DNA of 64,000 nt from an uncultured Spirochaetales bacterium (GTDB lineage: Bacteria > UBP6 > UBA1177), in the NCBI GenBank assembly GCA_902774115.1, contig CACYHH010000001.1, positions 604,794-668,793 of the forward strand, read 5' to 3'. How positions within the stretch are numbered: position 1 is the stretch's first letter; each line of letters starts with the position of its first letter. Of the stretch, positions 41,092 to 49,630 are shown in pieces. The notes beneath the pieces were generated by a model. It did not search any database, had not been told where the DNA came from, and saw only the letters and a program-made list of their open reading frames with translations. Made by a program: the position numbers and the translations under genes.

Positions 41092-42255
41092 ATGAAAAAC
41101 TTTACGATTTTATTAACGCTTATTGCGGTTACGGCATTTCTTTCGTGTTCGAAAATTAATGACGCTGATGTGTACGGCAACTACGATGATTACGTAGACG
41201 ACACAGGCGATTCAAGTGCTTCGTCCGACACTGACATCGAAAACCCGGATACGGCAGACCCGACCGATCAGGCTGACACCGAAAACCCGGATGATCCGAA
41301 CAACCCGGACGACCCGAACAACCCGGATGATCCGAACAATCCTGACAATCCGACAAATCCGGATGATCCGAACAACCCGGACAATCCGACCAACCCGGAT
41401 GATCCGAACAACCCGGAAAATCCGACAAACCCGGATGATCCGACCAACCCGGATGATCCGACCAACCCGGATGATCCGACCAACCCGGATGATCCGACCA
41501 ATCCTAATGATCCGACCAACCCGGATGATCCGACCAATCCTAATGATCCGACCAACCCGGATGATCCGACCAACCCGGATGATCCGACCAACCCGGATAA
41601 CCCGACCAACCCGGATGATCCGACGGAGCCTCCCTGCGTTCCGAACTGCGATGGCAAAGAGTGCGGCGAGGATGCTGATGGTTGCGGCGGAACTTGCGGC
41701 GGATGCGCAGCGGATAAATTCTGCAATTATGAATACAAATGCATCCCGACCGAATGTGCTACGGTTACAGAAATCGAACTGACCTCCGCTCTGGAGCTGG
41801 AAAGTGTCACCTATTCGTCTGAATCTGCAATATTCAAGACGACCTACTCACCCAACACAGGTTCCAACGCGGCAGACACTTTCTTTGTAAAGTTTTCGAA
41901 CCTCGAAAATTATAAAGGAACATTTTACCTTCAGCATACAAATTGGGGTAACGAGAGCGGATTTTTCCTTTATGTCAAGGAAGACGGCGGTGAAAAAATC
42001 TACTTCCAGAAAGACGGAACCGTGGAAACGGATTACAACGATGAAGATGACGGATGGACGGAAACAGAAACGATCAGCGTAAAATTTACAGGCGTAATGC
42101 TTGAAGAAGTCACAATCGCAAATAACCAGTCAACAAGTGTTCCCGGCGGTGCATGCCTTAACCTTAAAAATACGACAATTGAATTTGAGAAATCGGATCA
42201 GACCTACAGCTGGTTCTATGAATTGCTGGAACTCTTGACTGACGGATGGAGCTAA
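41092..42255 (+). CDS. paralogous surface lipoprotein 4 (NPDDPT repeat linker, Cys knot, one module)
   Basis: AGGAGA RBS and lipobox FLSCS. Cys knot CVPNCDGKECGEDADGCGGTCGGC. Landmark IYFQKDGTV. Confidence 0.75.
   Translation: MKNFTILLTLIAVTAFLSCSKINDADVYGNYDDYVDDTGDSSASSDTDIENPDTADPTDQADTENPDDPNNPDDPNNPDDPNNPDNPTNPDDPNNPDNPTNPDDPNNPENPTNPDDPTNPDDPTNPDDPTNPDDPTNPNDPTNPDDPTNPNDPTNPDDPTNPDDPTNPDNPTNPDDPTEPPCVPNCDGKECGEDADGCGGTCGGCAADKFCNYEYKCIPTECATVTEIELTSALELESVTYSSESAIFKTTYSPNTGSNAADTFFVKFSNLENYKGTFYLQHTNWGNESGFFLYVKEDGGEKIYFQKDGTVETDYNDEDDGWTETETISVKFTGVMLEEVTIANNQSTSVPGGACLNLKNTTIEFEKSDQTYSWFYELLELLTDGWS
41284..41625 (+). repeat. in-frame 18-bp tandem repeat (about 19 units, NP[DN][DN]P[TN])
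   Basis: Unit AACCCGGATGATCCGACC, repeated head to tail. Confidence 0.9.
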
Positions 42256-42295
42256 AATCCACTAATCACGTTTTTTATTTTGTTAGGAGAGAAAA

Positions 42296-43339
42296 ATGAA
42301 AAACTTCATGATTCTGCTTACACTTCTTGCAATTGCGACATTTGTTTCATGCAGCGGCAAAAATCTTGATGATCTGATTGAGGTTCCTGACACGGATGAA
42401 ACCGCAGATTCTTCCGAAACATCGGATCAGAACAACACTGATCAGAACGGCGATACGAACGACAATCCTACTGAACAGACGGATAACTCTGACACGGCTG
42501 ACACAACAGATCCTACCGATGACCAGACAACCGAGCCAACGGTAGAACCTACTGATCCTACCGAACCGACCACAGATCCTACCGAACCGACTACAGATCC
42601 TACCGATCCGACTACAGATCCGACTGAGCCGACTACAGATCCGACTGAGCCGACTACAGATCCGACTGAGCCGACTACAGATCCGACCGAGCCGATCACA
42701 GATCCAACCGAGCCGATCACAGATCCAACTGAGCCGACCACAGATCCGACCGAGCCGATCACAGATCCGACTGATCCGACTATAGATCCGACCGATCCGA
42801 CCACTGATCCTACTGAGCCGACTACAGATCCTACCGAGCCGACCACAGATCCGACCGATCCGTTTGCGAAATGCACTGAAATCACTCTCAGCAATACCGA
42901 GCTCAGCTACTACAAGCACTCACACGGCTCGGAAAAATACGACATATTCAAAGCTACCTACACTCCGAATACCGGCTCAGCGACCTCAGACACTTTCTAT
43001 CTTAAATTTTACGGTCTTTCCGAGTATGATTATACGGACAATTTCAATCTTGCAGAGATAAACCAGGGAAGCGACAGAGGACTTTTCTTATATGTTAACG
43101 AAGACGAATACTGCGATTCTTACAGCGGCGACTGCACTCACGGCAAAACCTACTTCCAGAAAGCGGGAACAGTTAAGGTCATAAGCGCGGAATTTAATTT
43201 CGCCGTAACAGAAATGAACCTGCTTTCCGCGAAATTTAACGGCGTGGTGCTTGAGGAAACCAGCACAAATGAATCGACAAAAGCCTGCCTTAAAATCAAG
43301 GATGATCCGACGGTTGAATATCACGGGTATTATTATTAA
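42296..43339 (+). CDS. paralogous surface lipoprotein 5 (PT-repeat linker, one module)
   Basis: Lipobox FVSCSG. About 14 TDPTEPT units. Landmark TYFQKAGTV. The N-terminal 55 aa are near-identical to lipoprotein 3. Confidence 0.75.
   Translation: MKNFMILLTLLAIATFVSCSGKNLDDLIEVPDTDETADSSETSDQNNTDQNGDTNDNPTEQTDNSDTADTTDPTDDQTTEPTVEPTDPTEPTTDPTEPTTDPTDPTTDPTEPTTDPTEPTTDPTEPTTDPTEPITDPTEPITDPTEPTTDPTEPITDPTDPTIDPTDPTTDPTEPTTDPTEPTTDPTDPFAKCTEITLSNTELSYYKHSHGSEKYDIFKATYTPNTGSATSDTFYLKFYGLSEYDYTDNFNLAEINQGSDRGLFLYVNEDEYCDSYSGDCTHGKTYFQKAGTVKVISAEFNFAVTEMNLLSAKFNGVVLEETSTNESTKACLKIKDDPTVEYHGYYY
42548..42862 (+). repeat. in-frame 21-bp tandem repeat (about 14 units, TDPT[DE]P[TI])
   Basis: Same unit family as 39819-40046. 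Confidence 0.9.
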
Positions 43340-43468
43340 TCCGGCAAAATCAAACGAACGTCTGCGGTAAATTCTGCAAAACCGGCTATTTTAAAACTCA
43401 AAAATCATAATTGACGAAAATCTTCTTTTTTGTATCATCACCCGAAATTGATTTTTTGAGGTCATTTA

Positions 43469-45874
43469 ATGAAAAAATCTATTTATCATGCAATATTTCT
43501 TCTTTCGCTTGCCGGCCTTGCGCTGGAAAACATCCTCACAAGAATTTTCAGCATAACCATGTGGTATCACTACGCTTTTATGGCGATTTCGGTGGCTATG
43601 CTCGGAATGAGCACCGGTGCGGTAAAAGTCTATCTGGCCGACTTCGCTTCAAAAACTGACGACGAGCTTGAGACTCTGATCTCGAAATACAGCAGGCTTT
43701 TCGCGCTTTCGCTGATCACTTCACTTCTGACACTTCTTTCGATTCCGTTCGTTCCGCGGCCGACAGGGATCGGATATTTCACGACCGCGCTTATATACGC
43801 CGTTGCGGCGGTCCCCTTTTATTTTGAAGGTGTTGCGGTATCGCTTATTCTTGCAACAAAATACATAAAACAGGCCAACAGGCTCTATGCCGCTGACCTT
43901 GCAGGCGCCGCAACAGGCTCTCTTGCGTTTTTCTCGCTTCTTTCGGTGACAGACGCCGTCAGTGCGGCAATTTTCATTGCAAGTTTCGGATTTTTCGCTG
44001 CTCATGCCGTTTCCAGGAAAAAACGGGATATGGTCATCGCTGTCTGTATCTTAGTTTTTTCGTTTTTCAACTACTTTGGAAGGATCTTCAGGATCGAGTG
44101 GACGAAAGTTGACGAGGGTGTTCTCAGTGCGACTGTCGAACACGATCTTGAATGGGAAAGCTGGACTCCTTTTTCACGCATCACAGTTGCCGATATAGCG
44201 CACAATATCGGCTTCGGATGGGGAATTTCAGACAAAATGATGTCGCAGTTCCCCGAATACAAAGTCGAGCAGAAAAACCTCACGATAGACTCCGCTGCGG
44301 CGACTGTTATCACCAGAAACACAATGCAGATCTCCAAACTGCTGCATCTTCACTATGACAGCACGAACTTCGCCCACTACCTCTTCCCTAATTCGAAAGT
44401 CGGCATTATCGGCGTCGGAGGCGGCAGGGACATTCTCTCAGCCCTTCACTTCAACCAGAAGGAAATCTGGGGGATCGAAATAAACGGGCGCATTATTGAC
44501 GCTCTGACCAAAGTTTACGCAGGCTACACTTACAACATTTCCGCACTTCCGAATGTTCACATTATAGAAGACGAAGCCCGCAATTTCTTTGAAAAGAACG
44601 ACATGAAGTTCGACATAATCCAGGCAAGTCTCATCGACTCGTGGGCAGCCACGGCTTCAGGAGCGTTCGTCCTCACCGAAAACTCGCTCTACACCATCGA
44701 AGCGTGGAAGACCTTCTTCTCCCGACTTTCAGACAACGGCGCGATAACGATGAGCCGCTGGTATTACCCGAAACGCCCTGGCGAACTTCTCCGTCTCGTA
44801 AACCTTGCATATCAGACTTTGCTTGAATCAGGGATAAAAGAGCCTGCAAAGCACATCATTCTCGTTGCCGTCGACTATATCAAACCCGACAAGCCGCTTG
44901 AAGATCACTTCGGCTCAGGAACGATAATCGTGTCGAAAAAGCCGTTCAAGCCTGAAGCAATCGATAAAGCTCTAAATCTCGCCGACGAATACGGCTTTGA
45001 AATACTGATCGCAGGCGGCAAAGAGAACTACTCCGCTTTCAAAGACATCATAACTCCGGGAAAACGCGAAATATTCATGGCGAATTACCCGCTTGACCTC
45101 ACCCCGCCGACAGATGACAACCCGTTCTTCTTCAACATGCTCAAACCTTCTGCTGTAATAAAAGGAATGAATGTCGAATCGGAAGGAGTGCTTTCAACCA
45201 ACCTCATGGCTATCCACAATCTGCTCTGGCTCATCGCAATAGTCGTTGTCCTTTCGCTTTTCCTCATCATAATCCCGCTTATCTCAAAGATGAAAACCGG
45301 TGTCACAAAGGCTGTTTTCAACCGCTACACGCTCTATTTCACCGCTTTGGGAACAGGTTTTATGCTTATAGAAGTCTCACTTATACAGAAATTCGCCGTA
45401 TTCCTGGGACATCCGACATACAGCATTCTCGTCGTTCTTTTCACTATGCTTCTTTTCAGCGGGCTTGGCAGTTTTGCAAGCAAAAAACTGCGTGAGAAAG
45501 TCGGAGTCAAAGGACTTTTTATACTGCTCATTTTAGTTGTCGCGACAGTCGGCTCGGCAAATATGTTCGTTCTTCCGTTCTTCAACTCATGGCCGATACT
45601 TCCGCGCATAATTTACAGCTTTGCGACGATGGCCCTTGCCGGATTTTTCATGGGCATGCCCTTCCCGACCGGACTTTCGCTCCTCAACAAAAAAGTCAGA
45701 GAATCGGCTCCGTGGTTCTGGGGAGTAAACGGCGCGGCAAGCGTCGTAAGCTCGGTCGTAGCGACGGCGATATCGATTTTCTACGGCATTTCGGCAACTT
45801 TCTTTACAGGCCTTCTCTGCTATTTCGCGGCTTTTGCGGCCGGGATCCTTATCGAAAAAGCGGCAGACAAATAA
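43469..45874 (+). CDS. polytopic membrane protein with central spermidine-synthase-like (class I SAM/dcSAM-fold) domain
   Basis: About 7 N-terminal and about 5 C-terminal hydrophobic helices flank GIIGVGGGRDILSAL ... DIIQASLIDSW, which fit spermine/spermidine synthase-like motifs. Confidence 0.5.
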   Translation: MKKSIYHAIFLLSLAGLALENILTRIFSITMWYHYAFMAISVAMLGMSTGAVKVYLADFASKTDDELETLISKYSRLFALSLITSLLTLLSIPFVPRPTGIGYFTTALIYAVAAVPFYFEGVAVSLILATKYIKQANRLYAADLAGAATGSLAFFSLLSVTDAVSAAIFIASFGFFAAHAVSRKKRDMVIAVCILVFSFFNYFGRIFRIEWTKVDEGVLSATVEHDLEWESWTPFSRITVADIAHNIGFGWGISDKMMSQFPEYKVEQKNLTIDSAAATVITRNTMQISKLLHLHYDSTNFAHYLFPNSKVGIIGVGGGRDILSALHFNQKEIWGIEINGRIIDALTKVYAGYTYNISALPNVHIIEDEARNFFEKNDMKFDIIQASLIDSWAATASGAFVLTENSLYTIEAWKTFFSRLSDNGAITMSRWYYPKRPGELLRLVNLAYQTLLESGIKEPAKHIILVAVDYIKPDKPLEDHFGSGTIIVSKKPFKPEAIDKALNLADEYGFEILIAGGKENYSAFKDIITPGKREIFMANYPLDLTPPTDDNPFFFNMLKPSAVIKGMNVESEGVLSTNLMAIHNLLWLIAIVVVLSLFLIIIPLISKMKTGVTKAVFNRYTLYFTALGTGFMLIEVSLIQKFAVFLGHPTYSILVVLFTMLLFSGLGSFASKKLREKVGVKGLFILLILVVATVGSANMFVLPFFNSWPILPRIIYSFATMALAGFFMGMPFPTGLSLLNKKVRESAPWFWGVNGAASVVSSVVATAISIFYGISATFFTGLLCYFAAFAAGILIEKAADK

Positions 45875-45932
45875 CAGAAACCATCTTCTTTTAAAAAATT
45901 TTCCGATTTTTCATTTTTCTTAAATTTTTTCC

Positions 45933-45973
45933 TTGACAGTTAGCCATTGCTAATTATAGTTAGTTTCAGCTAA
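45933..45973 (+). promoter_or_regulatory. feo promoter with two tandem TTAGC-N4-GCTAA type palindromes
   Basis: TTGACA (45933-38), 16-nt spacer, TATAGT (45955-60). TTAGCCATTGCTAA lies at 45940-53 and TTAGTTTCAGCTAA at 45960-73, 20 nt apart. Confidence 0.55.
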
Positions 45974-46018
45974 CTTGATTGCGTTCTTTTAATTACGAAC
46001 TTTTTTAAGGAGAGAAAG

Positions 46019-46231
46019 TTGATACCCTTAGTTTTGGCAGATGCCGGAAATGAACAGGTTATTAAGAAAATCGGCGGCAGCGACGAAGTAAAGCACCATC
46101 TTGAAAATTTAGGTTTCACAGTCGGCGCGACTGTCACGGTCGTAAATTCCCTTGCCGGGAACGTAATTGTCAAAGTCAAGGAGTCCAGGGTCGCGATAAA
46201 CGAGGAAATGGCCCGCAAAATCATGGTTTAA
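46019..46231 (+). CDS. feoA: FeoA family protein
   Basis: 70 aa with a TTG start after AAGGAGAG. SH3-like FeoA pattern (LGFTVGATVTVV). Confidence 0.8.
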   Translation: MIPLVLADAGNEQVIKKIGGSDEVKHHLENLGFTVGATVTVVNSLAGNVIVKVKESRVAINEEMARKIMV

Positions 46232-46256
46232 AGTCTAATTTTTTTGGAGGTATAAA

Positions 46257-46478
46257 ATGAAAACTTTACGCGAAGCAAAAATCGGCGAAACGGTGAAAGT
46301 TGTAAAACTTCACGGCGAAGGCGCGGTAAAAAAGCGCATCATGGACATGGGTGTTACCAAAGGCGTTGAAATTTTCGTGCGGAAAGTCGCTCCTTTAGGC
46401 GATCCGATCGAAGTCACTGTCAGAAACTACGAGCTTTCTTTGAGAAAAGAAGATGCAGAAATGATCGAAGTTGAGTAG
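46257..46478 (+). CDS. feoA: FeoA family protein (second copy)
   Basis: 73 aa. Contains RIMDMGVTKGVEIFVRKVAPLGDPIEV. Confidence 0.85.
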   Translation: MKTLREAKIGETVKVVKLHGEGAVKKRIMDMGVTKGVEIFVRKVAPLGDPIEVTVRNYELSLRKEDAEMIEVE

Positions 46479-46487
46479 GAGGAAAAA

Positions 46488-49019
46488 ATGGCTGAACAAA
46501 TTAGAATCGCACTTGCGGGAAACCCCAATTCGGGAAAGACTACCCTTTTCAACGCTCTCACAGGCTCGAACCAGTTTGTCGGAAACTGGCCGGGAGTAAC
46601 AGTCGAGAAAAAAGAGGGAAAACTCAAAAAACATGAAGGCGTTATCATTACTGACCTTCCCGGCATCTATTCGCTTTCACCTTATACTCTGGAAGAAGTC
46701 GTTGCAAGAAACTATCTTATCGGCGAGCGTCCTGATGCAATTTTGAACATCGTCGACGCGACGAACCTTGAAAGAAACCTTTACCTTACGACCCAGCTTG
46801 TCGAACTCGGAATTCCGGTCGTTATCGCCCTTAACATGATGGATCTTGTCAAAAAATCGGGCGATAAAATAGATGTAGCCGAACTTTCGAGACAGCTCAA
46901 ATGCAGAATTGTCGAGATTTCCGCTCTCAAAGGCGACGGAATTACGGAAGCGGCTGAAGCGGCTATCAAAGCGGCGAAAGAGACAAAAACTCTTCCGCAG
47001 CACTCTTTCTCCGGCCCGGTCGAGCACGCGATCGCACACATCGAGGAAGCAGTCGTTCACGGCATGCCCGAAGAACAGCAGAGATGGTATGCGATCAAAG
47101 TTTTCGAGCGTGACGACAAAGTCCTTGAAATGCTCAAAATCGAAAAAAGTCTTCTCGACCACATCGAAGCGGACATCAAAGCGGCCGAAAAAGAGCTTGA
47201 CGACGACGCGGAAAGCATCATCACGAACGAGCGTTACATCTATATCGCCGAGATTCTGAAATCGAGCTACAAAAAGGCGAATGCAGGCGAGCTCTCCAAT
47301 TCTGATAAAATCGATAAAATCGTGACGAACCGCTGGCTCGGCCTTCCGATTTTCGCGATCGTCATGTTCCTTATCTATTACATTTCAATGGTAACAGTCG
47401 GCGCGGACGCGACTGACTGGGCTAACGACTGCCTTTTCGGCGACGGCTGGCACATGTTCGGGATCGGAACTGGCGACTACGAGGAAGAAGCTGAAAAATA
47501 CGATGCCGCACACAACGCTTTTGACGCTTACGAAGTCATCGTAACAGCCAAAAATGAAGAAGGCGAAGAGGAAATCAACGCTGAAGAAACTATGAAAGCC
47601 GCAAAAGAACTCCAGCCCGAAAAACAGTATATAGCTTACGATGTCGAAGACGAGGAAACTCTTGAACATTCAAATATCAACGTTTTCTACGACGGCGAAG
47701 TCAAAGTGGCGGAAGACGACGCGGAAAACGAAGCCAACGGAATGTCTTTCAAAGAGGCTCTCTCCTACTTCGAGGAAAAAGGCTTCGACGAGCCCGATCC
47801 TGCTGATTACGGCGCATGGGTTCCCGGTGTTCCCGTTCTCGTTGAAAAAATCCTCGACGCAATCGGCTGCGCAGAGTGGCTCAAAGGGCTCATCCTTGAC
47901 GGTATCGTTGCCGGTGTCGGCGCAGTTTTAGGTTTTGTTCCGCAGATGCTTGTCCTCTTCTTCCTGCTCGCATTTGTCGAAGCATGCGGATATATGGCTC
48001 GAATCGCATTCGTTCTTGACAGGATCTTCAGAAAATTCGGACTTTCAGGCAAATCTTTCATTCCGATGCTCGTAGGAACCGGCTGCGGCATCCCCGGCGT
48101 CATGGCAAGCAGAACTATAGAAAACGAGCGTGACCGCAGGATGACGATCATGACGACGACTTTCATCCCGTGCGGTGCGAAAGTTCCTTTCATCGCAATG
48201 GTCGCAGGGGCTATTTTCGGAGGCTCGGCATGGGTCGCGACAAGCGCATACTTTGTCGGAATGGCAGCGATCATCATCTCCGGCATCATGCTCAAAAAGA
48301 CAAAAATGTTCGCAGGAAACCCTGCTCCTTTCGTAATGGAACTTCCTGCTTACCATATGCCGACACTCGGAAACGTTCTCAGGTCAATGTGGGAGCGCGG
48401 CTGGTCGTTCATCAAAAAAGCTGGAACGATCATCCTTGTTTCAACGATCCTCGTATGGTTCACATCGTTCTTCGGCTGGACTGACGAAGGTTTCGGAATG
48501 CTCGCCGAAGACCAGCTCGATTCTTCGATCCTAGCATATATCGGCAAAGGCATTGCATGGATCTTCGCTCCGCTCGGCTGGGGAAGCTGGCAGGCGGCTG
48601 TCGCATCGGTCACAGGACTTGTCGCAAAAGAAAACATCGTCGGCACGATGGGCATTCTCTACGGCGCAGGCGATATGACGGCTTGGGAAGCTATGGCTCA
48701 GGCATTCACGGGAATCACCGGATATTCGTTCCTGGTCTTCAACCTTCTCTGCGCTCCGTGTTTTGCTGCGATCGGTGCTATCAAGCGTGAAATGAACAAC
48801 ACGAAATGGACATGGTTTGCAATCGGCTACCAGTGCGGTTTCGCTTATGCAGTCGCACTTATGATCAACCAGTTCGGCAATCTGTTCACAGGCAACTTCT
48901 CTCTCTTCAATGTAATATTCATGATAGCCGCTTTCGCTTGCCTTGCAGGAATGATCTACATGCTTTTCTTCAAGCAATACAGTGAAGCGACAAAACTTTC
49001 AGTTACGGCAGGTAAATAA
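46488..49019 (+). CDS. feoB: ferrous iron transporter FeoB, with an acidic insertion of about 115 aa
   Basis: G1 motif GNPNSGKTTLFNALTG, DLPGIYSL, NMMD and gate-motif membrane domains. An extra acidic segment is encoded at about 47472-47815. Confidence 0.95.
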   Translation: MAEQIRIALAGNPNSGKTTLFNALTGSNQFVGNWPGVTVEKKEGKLKKHEGVIITDLPGIYSLSPYTLEEVVARNYLIGERPDAILNIVDATNLERNLYLTTQLVELGIPVVIALNMMDLVKKSGDKIDVAELSRQLKCRIVEISALKGDGITEAAEAAIKAAKETKTLPQHSFSGPVEHAIAHIEEAVVHGMPEEQQRWYAIKVFERDDKVLEMLKIEKSLLDHIEADIKAAEKELDDDAESIITNERYIYIAEILKSSYKKANAGELSNSDKIDKIVTNRWLGLPIFAIVMFLIYYISMVTVGADATDWANDCLFGDGWHMFGIGTGDYEEEAEKYDAAHNAFDAYEVIVTAKNEEGEEEINAEETMKAAKELQPEKQYIAYDVEDEETLEHSNINVFYDGEVKVAEDDAENEANGMSFKEALSYFEEKGFDEPDPADYGAWVPGVPVLVEKILDAIGCAEWLKGLILDGIVAGVGAVLGFVPQMLVLFFLLAFVEACGYMARIAFVLDRIFRKFGLSGKSFIPMLVGTGCGIPGVMASRTIENERDRRMTIMTTTFIPCGAKVPFIAMVAGAIFGGSAWVATSAYFVGMAAIIISGIMLKKTKMFAGNPAPFVMELPAYHMPTLGNVLRSMWERGWSFIKKAGTIILVSTILVWFTSFFGWTDEGFGMLAEDQLDSSILAYIGKGIAWIFAPLGWGSWQAAVASVTGLVAKENIVGTMGILYGAGDMTAWEAMAQAFTGITGYSFLVFNLLCAPCFAAIGAIKREMNNTKWTWFAIGYQCGFAYAVALMINQFGNLFTGNFSLFNVIFMIAAFACLAGMIYMLFFKQYSEATKLSVTAGK

Positions 49020-49381
49020 TGGGAACAATCCTTGTGCTGGCAATATTGATGGCGGTGGTTGCCGCCATCATCCTCAATCTTGTAAAAAACAAGAAACAGG
49101 GAAAATCCTCATGCGGCGGAAACTGCGGCTGCTGTCCGATGTCAGGAAGCTGCCACACTTCACAACACCTTACCGTCCTTGAAATCGAAGGAATGATGTG
49201 CGGCATGTGCGAAAGCCATGTCAACGACGCGATCCGCAACAATTTCAAGGTAAAAGAGGTCAAATCGTCGCACAAAACAGGCCTCACTCAAATAACAAGC
49301 GACGAACCGCTTGACGAGGAAGAACTGAGGAAAGTAATCAAAAGCACAGGATACGGAATAAAGAGCATTGCAAAACGTTGA
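49019..49381 (+). CDS. FeoB-associated Cys-rich membrane peptide fused to a heavy-metal-associated (HMA) domain
   Basis: TAATG overlap with feoB. TM helix followed by KKQGKSSCGGNCGCCPMSGSC, then the HMA motif GMMCGMCESHV. Confidence 0.7.
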   Translation: MGTILVLAILMAVVAAIILNLVKNKKQGKSSCGGNCGCCPMSGSCHTSQHLTVLEIEGMMCGMCESHVNDAIRNNFKVKEVKSSHKTGLTQITSDEPLDEEELRKVIKSTGYGIKSIAKR

Positions 49382-49427
49382 AAAAGTTCATTTACAAAGT
49401 GACTAACAACTCCTCCGTGTAATAAAA

Positions 49428-49490
49428 GGGAAAGAACTTTTCGGACTAATAAACCGCACCGTCCTTAAGATTCTTTCCCTTCGTTTTTTT
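49428..49490 (+). terminator. putative Rho-independent terminator of the feo operon
   Basis: GGGAAAGAA (49428-36) pairs with TTCTTTCCC (49471-79), followed by TTCGTTTTTTT. The loop is long. Confidence 0.5.
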
Positions 49491-49630
49491 GATCTGCTCT
49501 TTTAAAATTTACTCAATAGAAAAACAAATAAGAGATACCATGAGAGACAGCGACTACAAAGATTTATCAATCAAGGAATTTTCCAAAGCGGCCTCTTTTT
49601 ATTGCAAAAACTGATAAGAACGAAGATTTT

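Noticed and set aside
39819-42862. Could the regular short repeats be a CRISPR array?
   Set aside because: The units are only 18-21 bp, directly abutting with no spacers, in-frame within ORFs, and there are no cas genes. They are coding tandem repeats.
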